Source: Felis catus (taxonomy: Eukaryota). Taken from it: a DNA stretch of 64,000 nt. The notes beneath the pieces were generated by a model. That model was not told where the DNA came from. It made no database searches and worked only from the letters and a program-made list of their open reading frames with translations. The stretch's first letter is position 1. Each line of letters opens with the position of its first letter. Where the stretch lies: assembly GCF_018350175.1 (NCBI RefSeq), contig NC_058368.1:20710001-20774000 (forward strand). Reading direction: 5' to 3'. A program made the translations under genes and the position numbers. Below, piece after piece: positions 49,311 to 62,971 of this stretch.

Positions 49311-50732
49311 TGTTCTGTCTGTCATGGAGTAGGCCAAACTAAGTCTAATATCCTAATTTTACACACACCAGGAAATTGAAATTCAGATTAGTCACAGAGA
49401 AACCTCAGAAAAGATGGAAAGAAATAAGTCTATGGTTTATAAATCTTTGTATGGGCATGGTTTTAAAATGACTTCTTGGTTTCCTTTATTAGGAAAGTTG
49501 TACATAGGACTTCACATGTTGAAAGAGGGATTTACTGTTACATTATTATGGTTTGGGGTTGTTGTGTATACTGTTTTGGCTTTCCATCTATTTCTTATTT
49601 GTTCATCATTACACAGGGATCAAGGCATCAATAAATGGAAACCGAAATACAGGGGAAAAATGTGTGAGCCCCTTTTTTGAAATAAAACTCTTCATACACT
49701 TTCAAGCTCTTTGGGGAACATTTAAATTGCTGAGTGCACCTCCATGTTCCTGCCATGACTAAAGAAATGGAGCAGAAATCAATAATAAATCAAGATGGTT
49801 TCTTTCCACACCATATCATTAGCCAGTTGCTGATTTAATAAGAACTTTTAGACATCTAGAAGCATTTCTTTGCAAAGTTTCACGTGCCCCAGAGAGGGAG
49901 TCTAGGGAGTCTAGGACCACCATCTAAGCTAAAAGAGACGAGGTAGGATTAGACTATGCTAATCAAAATGTGACAATTCCCAGGAATCTGGCCAGATTCC
50001 AGTTTGGGTCTCTTTGGGGTTGTGAGATACAGTAGAAAAGGAACATTCCCCAGAAACTCTAAAGATGGGGCTGATGAGAATTTTTTCAGACTCTCCTGAG
50101 TTCCTCTAATCTACTTGCTTCTTACAAAATGTAACTCATATCTGATCCCCCCGTGAGGACAAACACAAGAAGCTCTGGCGATTTGATTTAAAAAAAAAAT
50201 TCAACCTCAGAAAGTACCTAACACTCATGTCTTTGTATCTCTTCTCATTCTTCCTCCCTCTGGAATTAGACTCAAGGTTTTGCCTCTCTCTAGACCTTCC
50301 GTCTCCATTCTATAATTGTGTGTTAAGGTCCTAACCTTCGTTCATTCATGAATTCATTTACTGAGTTATTTCATTCTAATCACTCAATAAATATTTATTG
50401 AAACAAGTCAAATATGGTTCTCAATCACACAGATGTTCACAACTATACAACACAAACATGTGCACAAGAAATGGTATAATTACAACTGTGTCTTGGGCCT
50501 CAGGAGAAGGGGAGACAATCTGGCCTGAGAGTCAGGGAAGGTTTTATTCAGGAAGCAACCTTTTATCTGAGCCTTATAGAAGGAATTAGATTGGGCTAGG
50601 TAACGTGGGAGGTGGGAGAAGGGGAGGAAATAAGGGAGGAGCATTTCAGGAAGGAAGCACTGCCCGGGTAAGGGCCCAAGGCAGGAAGGAACGTGATGAA
50701 GAGAACAGAAAGCGGGCCAGTCTGGCCAGAGT

Positions 50733-50735
<3 letters not shown>

Positions 50736-50781
<46 letters not shown>
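50736..50781. repeat. (GT)23 microsatellite
   Basis: Direct reading. Confidence 0.95.
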
Positions 50782-50783
<2 letters not shown>

Positions 50784-50828
50784 ATTTTAGAGGGTTGCCC
50801 TCTGGGAGATGCTAAAAATGAGGATACA

Positions 50829-51042
50829 GGGGCGCCTGGGTGGCTCCGTCGGTTGAGCGTCCGACTTCGGCTCAGGTCACGATCTCATGGTACGTGAGTT
50901 CGAGCCCCGCATCGGGCTCTGGACTGATGGCTCAGAGCCTGGAGCCTGCTTCCCATTCTGTGTCTCCCTCTCTCTCTGACCCTCCCCGTTCATGCTCTGT
51001 CTCTCTCTGTCTCAAAAATAAATAAACGTTAAAAAAAAATTT
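50829..51042 (+). mobile_element. CAN-SINE (SINEC_Fc-like)
   Basis: Perfect 16-bp TSD taaaaatgaggataca at 50813-50828 and 51043-51058. Confidence 0.98.
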
Positions 51043-51470
51043 TAAAAATGAGGATACAGAAATAAGAAAGGAGCCAGATCACGTAGGATCTTGTAGGCCA
51101 TGTTAAGGATTTTGGACTTGAGCTTATGAACCATAGGAAGCCACATGGGTAAAGGTTTAAGTAGGGAAGAAATTATACCTCAGATACCACTTCTCCTAAG
51201 AAGCTCTCCCATTTTTCTCCGACATGTTATTTGAAAATTTGTAGTACTCACTTGTATTAGAAACATAGAAGTATGGATCTATCTCCACATATTATGATCT
51301 CCTTGAAGGCAAGAATTTTATGTCTTTTTCATCTTTGCATAATTTGCAGCACAGCTAGCAGGATAATGTGGAAAGAAGTTATTGGCATGGAAGGGGCTTT
51401 GGAATCAGGCAGATCTGGCTTTGATTCCTGTCACCATGCTATTCCAACTCTATGACACTAACCATGTACC

Positions 51471-51694
51471 CAGCGCCGTCTAACAGGAGCGCCCACCCTG
51501 GGTGCCGGCAATAAGGGTATGCATTGCCGTTGAGAATTTAAAAACAATAATAAACCTGACTGAAAGTCAATCTGCTTTTTATTATCACCATGTGCTGGCA
51601 ATTTCAAACAATGTCAGTGATAAAATACTCCTCCCTAAAAGAATCTTTGTGGGGCCAGGTTCTAAACAATGAGGGTGGTAACCATTGAGGTTTT
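51471..51694 (+). mobile_element. hAT-Tip100 MER97-like element, left end
   Basis: ggcaataagggtatgcattg...gagaatttaaaaacaataataaa...ctgctttttattatcaccatg...aaacaatgtcagtgataaaatactcctccc. Confidence 0.8.
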
Positions 51695-52049
51695 TCTCAA
51701 CATTTTATTATGAAAAATGTCAGATATATAAAAAATTTGAAACGATTTTATAATGAAAACTCGCCATCTAGATCCAATATTAACTTTTTTTTTGCTTCAT
51801 CTAAATCTATTAACTACCCGTCTATCAATCTTTTGATTCATCTATCAATCAGTTTGTTGGATACATTTCAAAGTAAAATGCATTCATGAGTACATTGCTC
51901 CCTAACTATTTCAGTATACGTATCATTAACTAGAGTTATTGCTTATTTATAGGAGTTCCATATTGTTTAAAGTACTTTTTTTTTCTACTCAGATAAATTT
52001 TGTACAGCATGAAATACATAAATCCTGATGGCACCATTTGATGAGTTTT

Positions 52050-55000
52050 TTTCCCTTTTTTTGCTAATATTCTTCCACTAAATGGATCCTTTTCTAAAAA
52101 TTGAAGGATAATTGACATACCATATTATATTAATTTCATGTGTACAACATAGCGACTTGACATTTATAAACATTGTAAACTGATCACAAGTCCAGTTACC
52201 ATCTGTCACCATACAAACTTGATGCAATGTTCTGCATGTTGTACATTACATCCCAAGGCTTATTTATTTTATAACTGGATGTTTGTACCTCTTGATAATC
52301 TTCATCCATTCTGCCCCTTGCCAACACTCTCCTCTGTAGCAAACACCACTCTATCTATGAGTCTGGGTTTTGTTTTGTTTTTTGTTTGCTTTGTTTATTA
52401 GATTCCATGTATAAGTGAAATCATGTGGTATTTGTCTTTCGCTGTCTGACTTACTTCACTTAGCTTGATATCCTCAAGGTCCATCCATGTTGTTGCAAAT
52501 GGCAAGATATCACCCTCTTTCATGGTTGAGTAATATTCCATGGTTCTTCTTTAGCCATTCATCTATCAATGAATACTTGGATTATTTCCATATCTTGGCT
52601 ATTATAAATAATGCTGCTATAAACATGGGTACCTACATCTTTTCAGATTAGTGTTTTAGTTTTCTCTGGGTAAATACCCAATAGTGGAATTACTGGATCA
52701 TACAGTGATTCTATTTTTAATTTTTTGAGGAACTTCCATATTGTTTTCCACAGTGACTGCGCCGACTTACATTTCCAGCATCTCAACAGGGTTCTTTTTT
52801 TCCTACATCCTTGCCAACATTTTTTGTTTTGTCTTTTTTATTTTAGCCATTCTGCCAAGTATACCTCATTGTGATCTTGATTTTTATTTCCCTGATGATG
52901 AGTGATGTTGAGCATCTTTTCATGTGCCTGTTGGACATCTGTATGTTTTCTTTTGGAAAAATGTCTATTTAGATCCTCTGCCTATTTTTAAATCAGATTT
53001 TGTTGTTGTTCTTATTGAGTTGATAGAAGTTTTTTATATGTCTTGGATATTAACCCCTAACTGGATATATGATTTGCAAACATCTTCTCCCATTCACTAG
53101 GTTGCCTTTTCCTTTTGTTGATGGTTTCCTTCATGGTGCAGAATGTTTTCAGTTGGATGTAATCCTACTTGTTCATTTTTGCTTTTGTGCCCTTGCCTTC
53201 AGAGTCAAATCCAAAAATAGCACTAAGACTGATATCAAGAAGCTTACCACTTGTGTTTTCTTCTAGGAGTTTTATGGTTTTAGGTCTTACATTCAAGTCT
53301 TTACTCCATTTTTGTATGTCGTGTAAAATAGCGGCCCAGTTTCATTCCTTTGCATGTAGCTGTCTAGTTTCTCCAACAGCATTTATTGAAAAGAGTGTCC
53401 TTTCCCTGTTGTATGTTCTTGCCTCCTTTGTCACAAATTAATTGACCATATATGCATGCATTTATTTTGGGGCTGTCTATTCTTTTCCATTCTCTCTTTT
53501 TATGCAAATACCATACTGTTTTGATTATTGTAGATTTGCAGTTAAGGAGTATGGTACCTCTGGCTTTGTTCTTATTTCTCAAGATTGCTTTCTTTGGGGT
53601 GTATTGTGATTCTATACAAATTTCAGAATTATTTGTTGTAGTTCTGTGAAAAATGCCATTGGAATTTTGATAGGGATTGCAGTGAATGTGTAGATTGCTT
53701 TGGGTAGTACAGACACTTTAACAATATTAATTCTTCCAATCCATGAGCATGGAATATCTTTCCATTATTTGTGTGTCTTTCAACTTCTTCAATCAGGGTT
53801 TTATAGTTTTCAGAGTATAGGTCTTTGATATCCTTGGTTAAATTTATTCCTAGTTATTTTACTCTTTTTGATGCCATTGTAAATGGGATTGTTTTCTTGA
53901 TTTCTCTTTCAGATAGTTTGTTATTAGTGTATGAAAGTACAATAAATTTTTGTCTATTGTTTTTGTATCCTTCACTTTTACTGAATTTATTAGTTTTAAT
54001 GGTTTTCTGGTGGAGTCTTTTGGGTTTGCTATGTATAGTATCATGTCATCTACAAATAGTGATAATTTTATTTCTTTCTTTCCAATTTGGATGACTTTTC
54101 TTTATTTTTTTTGGCCAATTGTTGTGGCTGAGACTTTCAATACTTTGTTGAATAAAAGTGTGGGTAGTGGGCATCTTTATCTTGTTCCTGATCTTACAGG
54201 AAACATTTTCAGCTTTTCACCATTGAGTATGATATTAGCTGTGGGTTTTTCATACATGACCTTTATTACATTGAGGTACATTCCCTGTGTACCCATTGTG
54301 TTGAGAGTTTTTACCATAAATGGGTGTTGAATTTGTCAAATGCTTTTTCTGCATTAATTGAGATGGTCATATGATTGTTATCTTTCATTTTGCTAACGTG
54401 GTATATCAGACTGACTGATTTGCAGATGTCGAACTATCCTTGCATCTCTGGAATAAATCCCTTTATGACGTATGATCCTTTTATTGAATTTGGTTTGCTA
54501 ATATTTTGTTGAGAATTTTTGCATCAATATTCATCAGGGATATTGGCCTGTAGTTTTTTTGTTTGTTTTTAGGTTTGTTTTCTGCTGTTTTGTTTTGCAG
54601 TGTCTTTGTCAGATTTTAGTTGCAGGGTAATGCTTTTCTTTGAAAAATGAGCTTGGAAGCATTCCCTCCTCTTCAATTTTTTCAAAGAGTGTGAGAAGGA
54701 TAAATACTAAATCTTTGAATGTTTTGTAGAATTAATCAGTGAAGCTACCTGGTATTGGACTTTTATTTGTTGGGAGGTTTTTTATTTCTGATTCAATGTC
54801 CTCACTAGTAATTGTCTATTCAGATTTTCTATTTCCTCATGATTCAGTCTTGGAAGATTGCATGTCTCTAGGAATTTATCCATTTCCTCTAGGTGGTCAA
54901 GTTTGCTGGCATATACTTGTTCATAGTAGTTTCATATGATATGTTGTATTTCTGTGATATCAGTTGAGACTTCTCTTTCATTTCTGATTGTCTTTATCTG

Positions 55001-56753
55001 AGCCCTCTCTTTTTTCTTAGTGAGTCTAGCTGAAGGTTTGTCTGTTTTGTTTCTCTTTTCTCGGAGCCGGCTCTTAGTTTCATTGATCTTTTATATTGTC
55101 TTTTTAGGCTCTATTTCATTTATTTCGGCTCTGATTTTTATTATTTCCTTCCTTCTAGTAACATTAGGTTTCATTTGTTCTTTTTCTAGTTCCTTTAGGT
55201 GTAACGTTAGATTGTTTATTTGAGATTTCTCTTATTTCTTATGTGAGACCTATATTGCTATGAACTTCCCTCTTATAACTGTATTTACTGCATCCTATAG
55301 ATTCTGGTATGCTGTATTTTTATTTCCACTTGCCTCTAGATATGTATTTTTTTATTTCTCTTCTGATTTCTTTGATGACCCATTGGTTGTTCGGTAGCAT
55401 GTTGTTTAATTTCCATGTTTTTGTGTTTTTTTTCCAGTTTTCTTTTTGTGATTGGTTTTTTAGTTTTGTATAATTATGCTCAGAAAAGATGTTTTATATG
55501 ACTTCAATCTTCCTTAATTTATTGAAATTTGTTCTGTGGCCTAATGTGATCTGTGTTGGAGAATGTTCCATGTGCCCTTGAGTAGAATGTATTTGGTTGC
55601 TTCTCAATGGAATGTTTTGTTAATGTCTGTTAAGTCCCATCTGGTGTAACGTGTTGTTTAAGGTTGATGTTTCCTTATTGATTTTCTGTCTGGGTGATAT
55701 ATCCATTGATGTAAATGGGGTATTAAAGTCTCTGCTCTGTCTGGTTGAATTCCATTGGTTTTTCTTCTAGCTCACTGATCTGTTCTACTTCATTAAGTCT
55801 GCTGTTGAATCCCTCTAGTGTATTTTTCAATTCAGCTATTGCATTCTTCAGCTCTATGACTTCTTTTTGATTCTTTCTTATATTTTCTACATCTTCATTG
55901 AAGTTCTCATTGTGTTCATCCATTCTTCTCCTGAGTTGGATAAGCATCTTTATGACCATTACTTTAAACTCTTTATCAGGCAGATTCCTTCTGTGTATAT
56001 CAGAGTTTTTCTGAGGTTTTGTCTTTTTTTTTTTTTCATTTGAAACATATTCCTGTTTTCCCATTATGCTGATTTTCTGGTTTGTTTCTAAGTACTAGGT
56101 GAAATAGCTACCTGTCCCAGTCTTGAAGGAGTGGTCTTATATAAAAGATGACGTGTGGGGCGCAGAAGTGCAATCTAGGAATGAGATTACAGAAATGGTA
56201 ACTGCTAGCCTTCTATCCGTAGACAGTCCCACTAAGTTCCTTCCTTTACAGTGGTCACTGTAAGTTCAGTAAGCAGGTCTCCTACATGTAAGGTCTAGGT
56301 GCTTCAAACTGCTTTTTTTTGTGCTAAGTTCTGGGGCAAGTGAGTCTCTGTGTGAGCCCTTAAGAGTGGATTCTTTGTTCCTTACAGTTCTATGGTTCGT
56401 CTGGACATAATTCCTGCTAGTTTGGTTTTGGGGGCTGTCTCTGGTGCAGAACCCAAGTGTTGCACTGTCCACTATGGAGCACGAACTCCCCACTCCTCAA
56501 GAAAAACTCCACAGTTTTGAGACCTCTCCCAGTTGTGGGTCCCTGTGGCTGGGGTGACGGGTTTTGGCAAGAGCCTCTCTCTGCCCCTCCTGCCCTTCTT
56601 AATGTGACCCTTTTGTCATTTGTTGTAGAGGCACTATTTTAGTTTTGAGAACTTTTTCAGATGGAATTATTCCATATGTAGCTGTAGAGTTGTTATGTTG
56701 CAACAGAAGGTGCATTCAGGGTCTTCCTACACTGACTTGAACCCCTTAGAATA
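52050..56753 (-). mobile_element. 5'-complete L1 (L1MA9/L1_Carn-like) with an internal ORF1-ORF2 deletion
   Basis: 5' end ggttcaagtcagtgtaggaagaccctgaa; ORF1 N-terminus LPDKEFKVMVIKML...LKNTLEGFNSRL; ORF2 from DFNTP onward; 3' UTR; 15-bp TSD catttgat(g/t)agtttt at 52035-52049 and 56754-56768. Confidence 0.93.
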
Positions 56754-57324
56754 CATTTGATTAGTTTTGACAATTGCATACACCTGTGTAACTCTAAACA
56801 CCATTAAGATACAGAAAATGACCATTATCCCAATAAGTGCTCTTATGCCCCTTCCCAGGCAATCTTCCTCCTCATCTCTCCAGAGGAAACCTCTGCTCTG
56901 ATTTCCTTCACAACAGATTAGTTTTGCCTATTCTAGAACTTCACATAAATGGAATTGTACGATATATAGTCTTGTACAAGGTTTTTTTTCTCTCAACATA
57001 ATATGTTTCAGATTCAACCACCTTGTTGCATTTATCTGTAGATTTTCCTTCTTAGTTGTTCCGTGGTATTCTTTTGTATGAATATACCACAATTCATCCT
57101 CCATCCCACGGATGGACACCTAGGTTGTTTTCTGGGTTACGCTTATGACAAATAAAATTGAGATTAACTTTTGTGTACAAGGTGTTTTGTGAATTTATGT
57201 TTTCATTTTTCTTGGGAAAATCCCTACAAGTAGAATTAATGGTTGCAGGGTAGGTATATGATTTTTGGTTTATCAGAAACTGCAACACTTTTTTCAAAGT
57301 GGTTATAACTCTTTGCATCTTTTT

Positions 57325-57528
57325 TTTTAAAGTTTATTTATTTATTTTGAGAGAGAGAGAGAACACAAGCAGGGAAAGCTCAGAGAGAAGGAGAGACAGA
57401 ACCCCAAGCAGGATACACACCATCAGCGCAGAGCCTGATGCGGGGCTTGAACTCACAAACCACAAGAAGATGACCTAAGCCAAGACCAAGACTTGATGCT
57501 TAACCAACTGCACCACCCAGGCACTCCC
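57325..57528 (-). mobile_element. CAN-SINE (older) nested in the ancient L1
   Basis: TSD tctttgcatcttttt at 57310-57324 and 57530-57544. Confidence 0.95.
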
Positions 57529-57848
57529 TTCTTTGCATCTTTTTACCATCTCATCAACAATATATGAAAGTACCAACCACTTATACTCTTGCCTATATTT
57601 GCTATTTTCAGGGTGTTTTCTTTTTTAATTTGAGTCATTTTAATTGAGTTTGCAGTGGTTGTGGTTTCAATTTGAATTTCCCTAATGATTAACGATATTG
57701 AACACTTTTTCATGTTCTTATTGGTCTTTCATATATCTTCTGTGTGGTGTCTGTGCAAAGCGGTTATGCATTTTTACTAGGTTGTTTGTCTCCTTTACTA
57801 CTGTGTTGTAGGAGATAGATACATTTCCTGTATATCAATTCCTCGTCA

Positions 57849-58732
57849 AATCTACACCCTAAAAACAAATAATCCAGTGAAGCAATGGGCAGAAGACATG
57901 AATAGACACTTTTCCAAAGAAGACATACAAATGGCCAACAGACACGTGAAAAGATGCTCAATGTCACACATCATCAGGGAAATACAAATCAAAGCCACAC
58001 TGAGATACCACCTCACACTGGTCAGAGTGGCTAAAATGAACAACTCAGGAAACAACAGATGCTGGCGAGGATGTGGAGAAATGGGAACCCTCTTGTACTG
58101 TTGGTAGGAATGCAAACTGGTGCAGCCACTCTGGAAAACAGTGTGGAGGTTCCTCAAAAAATTAAAAATAGATCTACCCTATGACCCAGCAATAGCACTG
58201 CTAGGAATTTACTCAAGGGATACAGGAGTGCTGATGCATAGGGGCACATGTACCCCAATGTTTATAGCAGCGCTTTCAACAGTAGCCAAATTATGGAAAG
58301 AGCCTAAATGTCCATCAACTGATGAATGGATAAAGAAGATGTAGTTTATATATACAATGGAATACTACTTGGCGATGAGAAAGAATGAAATCCTGCCATT
58401 TGCAACAATGTTGATGGAACCGGAAGATATTATGTGAAATAAGTCAATCAGAGAAGGACAGATAGATACCATGTTTTCACTCATATGTAGATCTTGAGAA
58501 ACTTAACACAAGTCCATGGTGGAAGGAAAGGGGAAAAAATAGTGACAAACAGAGAGGGAGGGAGGCAAACTGCAAGAGACTCTTAAATACAGAGAACAAA
58601 CTAAGGGTGGATGGAGGAGTGGGGGAGAGGAGAAAATGAGTGATGGGCATTGAGGAGGGTACTTGTTGAGATGAGCAATAGGTGTTGTAGGGAAGCCAAT
58701 TTGACAATGAATTATATTTTTTTTTTAAAAAG
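57849..58732 (+). mobile_element. Feliform L1 3' fragment inserted antisense to its host L1
   Basis: [48 protein letters not shown]; 3' UTR ending ccaatttgacaatgaa. Confidence 0.95.
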
Positions 58733-61700
58733 AAAACATTTCCTGCCAGGATGTGGCCTGCCTATTCATTTTTAAAGGATTTTTTTAAATGGTTTCTTTC
58801 AAAGGAACATAACTTTTAATTCTGATGAAGTTTAATCAATTTTGTCTTTAATAGCTAATGCTTTTTTTTTGCTTTATCTTAGAAATCTTTGCCCACTCTC
58901 GTCATAAAGTTATTCTTGTATGTTTGTTTCAAAAGGCTTTATGGTTTCAGTTTTGTTTATGACTATCTCTAATTTTTGTGTGTGAGCAGAGGTGGAGGTT
59001 CTTTTTCCCTTCTCCTTCCTTGTAGATATCCCATAATTCCAGCACCATTTGTGACAGACTTCCATTTCCCCAGTGATTGCTTTGGAATGTTTATTGAACA
59101 GTACTGGGCACATAAATTCTCAATTTTGTTACATATATCTATTTGTCAATCCTCATGCTAGTCCCATAGTAGCTTTTTGGTAATCTTCAAGTTGATTAGT
59201 TTAAATCTTCTAATTTTGTCCTTCCTTTAAAAGAGGTCTTTGGATATTCCAGATACTTAGTATTTCCACGTAAGTTTTAGAATATGTCTGTTGTTTTCTA
59301 CAACAAATCTTGCTGGAGTTGAGTGGGGTTGCACTTAATCTATAGATCCATTTGGGGAGAATTAACAATTTAAAATTGAATTTCCCAATACTTAAATATG
59401 GCATATTTCTCTACTTAGTCTCTATCTTAGGGACATTTATAGCTCTAAACTATGGTCTTATAGAATTTTTTTGTCAAATTTATTCCCAAGGGGTTTTCAT
59501 GTTATTGAAAAATGGAATGGTTTTTATTTTCTAAAGGTTTGCTGCTCGTTTAAAAAAACACAATTGACTTTTGCACATTTTTGTACGTTTAGCCTTTTAT
59601 CCTGAAAACATGTTAATTTATTGGTTCTAGTAGTCATTTTTCAGATTCCTTGGAGTTTTCTATATAAACAACCATATCATCTGCAAATAGACACAGTTTT
59701 ACCACTGCCTTTCTAATTTTTATGCCTTATTTTTCTTTCTCTTATCTTATTTCACTGACTAGGAACTCCAGTACAATGTTAAATAGAAGTTGTGAGAAGG
59801 GGGCAGTATTTCCTTATTTATTTTTTTCTAGGCAAGACTTTTACTGGGGCTTATGCTTGACCAGAAGGGAAATAGCACAAAGGAAAGTATCCTCAGGCTG
59901 ACTCTATTTCCTTATTCTTGATATTAGGAAAAAAAAAAACAATGATTGCACCATTATGATTTTAGCTGTAGTTTTTAAAAGAATTTTATCAAATCGAGGA
60001 AGTTCCCATATAGTTTGATGATAATTTTTATCATGATTGAGAGTGTTAAATCTTATGAAATTTTTTTTGCATCTATTGAATTCATCATATGGGTTTTCTC
60101 CTTTATTCTGTTATTGTAGTGAATTACACTGATGAAATTTTGAGTGTTAAAGTAACCATGAATTTCTAAGATAAGCCCTTTTTGGTCAAAATGTATTATT
60201 GTTTTGATATTTTCACAATTTCAATTTGTTAATGTTTTATTAAATATTATTGCTTTATGTGCATGAGGAATATTGGTTTAGTAGTTATTTTTGAAATGTT
60301 TTTGACAGATTTTTGTATTAAAGTTTCCCTGGCTTCATAAAATGAACTGGGAAGTGATCTCTCCTCTATTTTCTGAGAGATTGTATGTCAAGTTGAAGTT
60401 TTTCTGCCATCCATTAAATGTCCAATAGCATTTTCCAGCTAAACCATTGGCCCTGAAATATTCTTTGTGAGAATATTTTTAATAACAATTTTTAATCTTA
60501 AACTGGATATTATTAGCCTATTCAAAATTCAGTTTCAATTTATGTCATATTTGGTAAGTTTTATTTTTCAAGAAATTTTTCCACCTTATCTAAGTTGTTA
60601 AATTTGGTGTATAAATTTGTTCTTATTATCCATTTGGTAGCTATAGAATCTGTAGTGATAATCCCTACTTCATTTGTGATATTAATAATTTGTGTTCTCC
60701 ACCTCTTTTCTCCTTCTTTCTCTCTCTTCTCCCTCCTCCTCAGTTTAACTAGGAGTTTATCAATCTTGATGGTCTTTCCCAATTTTTGGTTTTGTTCAAT
60801 TTTTCTGTTGTCTGTTTACTAATTTCTGATCTTTATTATTTCCTTTCTGCTACTTATTTTGAGTTTGTTCTCTCTCCTTTTCTATCTTCTTGGAGTAGAC
60901 TCTTATGTCATCAAGTGTAGACCATTCTTTGGTAATATAAATATTTAAAGCTATACATTTTCCTCTGAGAACTGCTTTAGATGCACTTCACAAATATTAA
61001 TATATCTTTATTTTCATTCAGTTTTAGATATTTTTCACTGTTCTTGTAATATTCTGATACCTAAATTACTTACAAGCGTCTTAACTTCCAATTAAATTTG
61101 AAGTGTTCTAGATATCTTATTGTTACTAATTTCTAATTTAATTTCATAGTAATTAAATGATATATTCCGAATGATTTTAATACTATTTATTGAGACTTCT
61201 TTTATGACCAACCAGATTGTCTTTCTTGGTGAACACGTGCTCTTAAAAGGAATGACTATTCTATTCTAAGTGAAGTGTTCTATAAATATCAATTAGTTAA
61301 TGTTATTCATATCTTTTAAGTCTATACTAAACTGTTTTGTCTGATTGGTCTATCAGTGTCTGAGAAAGGGATGTTAAATTCTCCAACAAGGCTCGTGGGA
61401 TTTTTTTTTTCTATTCACATCTGTCAATATTGTTCCATGAATTTTGAAGCTCTGTTATTTAGACAGATACATACTCATAACTAAAAATCTTACTGATGAA
61501 TTGGATATTTTTTCATTATGAAATGTCTCTCTTTGCTTTGGCAACTGTCTTTGTCTCAAAGCCTACTTCATCTGATATTAATATAGCTACTTCAGCTTTC
61601 TCAGTTTTGCTGTTTGCATGTTATATATTTTCCTATCCACTTACTTTCAATTTCTCATCTTTAGATATAAAGTTTCTCTCTTATAGAGAGGAATGTGGTA

Positions 61701-62076
61701 TTCTTTATACTTACCTTGTGTGGAGTTTATTAAACTTCAGCTGTGAGTGTGTGTCTTGAACCAAATTTTAGGCAGTTTTGCACATTGTTCCTTCAAGTAA
61801 TTCTTCTACTTCTTTCTCTTCTCTCCTTCTGGAACTTTTTACTGGACCACAGGTCCCTGGGACATTGTCACTGCTCTTCTATTGTTGTTCTTCATTTTTT
61901 CTTTTGTCTTTTTTTCTCTCTGTTCTTCAGATTAGGTAATTTTGATCTATTTTCAAGTTCACAGATTTGTTTTAAAGTTGATTTCTACATTTCCTCAAAT
62001 GGTCATTATTTGAGTAGGTTTGGGTTACCAAAGGAAATAGGGTGACTTGCCATTATTTGTGATAGGACTCGGTGAG

Positions 62077-62232
62077 CAGGACTGGCTACTTAATTTGTGA
62101 GGCCCAGTGCAAAATGAAAGTGTGGGGCTCCTTGTTCAAAAATTATTAGCAATTTCAAGGCAGTGACAGAGAGCAGTAAATCAGGCATAAGGGGCTATCA
62201 CTGTATAAGTTGCATGTAAATGAAGACTGAGT
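62077..62232. mobile_element. MER45A-like hAT-Tip100 MITE
   Basis: ggctacttaatttgtgaggcccagtgcaaaatgaaagtgtggggctccttgttcaaaaattatt. Confidence 0.85.
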
Positions 62233-62239
62233 GTATGAC

Positions 62240-62470
62240 AATAGCAGAGATCAGAGCTTCTAGTCAGATACATCAGAACTTGAATCCCAGATCTATTCCT
62301 TGCTACCTCGGTAATCTTGGGCAAGTACTTTTTCTCTCTAAGCTTTACATCCTTATCTGCAAATTGAGTCTTACCTAGATTCATCGTGAGGCATAAATGA
62401 TAGGTATGTGAAGTGCCTAGTACAATGTATGATACGGATATAGGGTAAAAAGAGAAAGCTATTATTATTT
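62240..62470 (+). mobile_element. MIR
   Basis: ttgaatcccagatct...atcttgggcaagtactt...ccttatctgcaaattg...gtatgtgaagtgcctagtaca. Confidence 0.8.
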
Positions 62471-62971
62471 TTTGTTATGTGGACTTTATTAGAAGAAAAG
62501 CATGGAAGGAAAGTTGTTACATCAGAAAGAGAACGTCTCTAGTGATATCAACTAAAGACTGGAAGATACAAGATAGGAAGTATGTGTGTGAGTGTAGGCA
62601 GCCGGGGGGGGGGTGCAGAGTTGAGGAGTTGGGGGTGCACCCCGTATTGAGTGGGAAGGAAGCTGGTGGGGAAATTAATTCCCTGCACCAAGCTCTGGGT
62701 GGTGCTATTAGCCCAGAAGAACTTGGTTGTGTTCTAAGTGCACAGGTGAGGAGGGTGTTTTAAAGGATGGGGCAAAGAAAGAATGGAAGCATGGACTGGA
62801 AAAACAAGGTGCCAACCAGGCATTCATATAAAGCAGAACGTCCGAAAATCTGCCGAAACCCGGAAGAGCATGGTGACTACTTCCCAACTTCCTACTTTGA
62901 GATATTAGGACATTTGTTCTATCTCGGTCAAGATATGAGGACATTTGGTTTATGTCTGATAATCTAAAACT

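Larger units (their letters stand above)
50340..51190 (-). mobile_element. L2 3' region, interrupted by (GT)n and a SINE
   Basis: tcactcaataaatatttattga; gagccagatcacgtaggatcttgtaggccatgttaaggattttggact. Confidence 0.75.
51695..61900 (-). mobile_element. Ancient L1 (L1MD/L1ME-like) host, 3' UTR and ORF2, split by younger insertions at 52050-56753, 57325-57528 and 57849-58732
   Basis: 3' UTR catttgat(g/t)agttttgacaa resumes across the insertion; decayed ORF2 peptides ATRWLNLKHIMLREK, ILPKWIYRLSATP and IKIDKLL...TQIINITNEVGIITTD; may consist of more than one element. Confidence 0.8.

Noticed and set aside
4725..57528. tRNA genes suggested by A/B boxes, and recurring ORFs such as SVSSSPASGS...SLEP or ERETQNRKQAPGSEP
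   Set aside because: All are heads or translations of tRNA-derived CAN-SINEs with CT tracts, A tails and TSDs
57821..58745. acatttcctg as the TSD of the plus-strand L1
   Set aside because: The left copy is about 18 bp from the L1 start, and both copies can be explained as separate positions of the host L1, so no TSD is claimed
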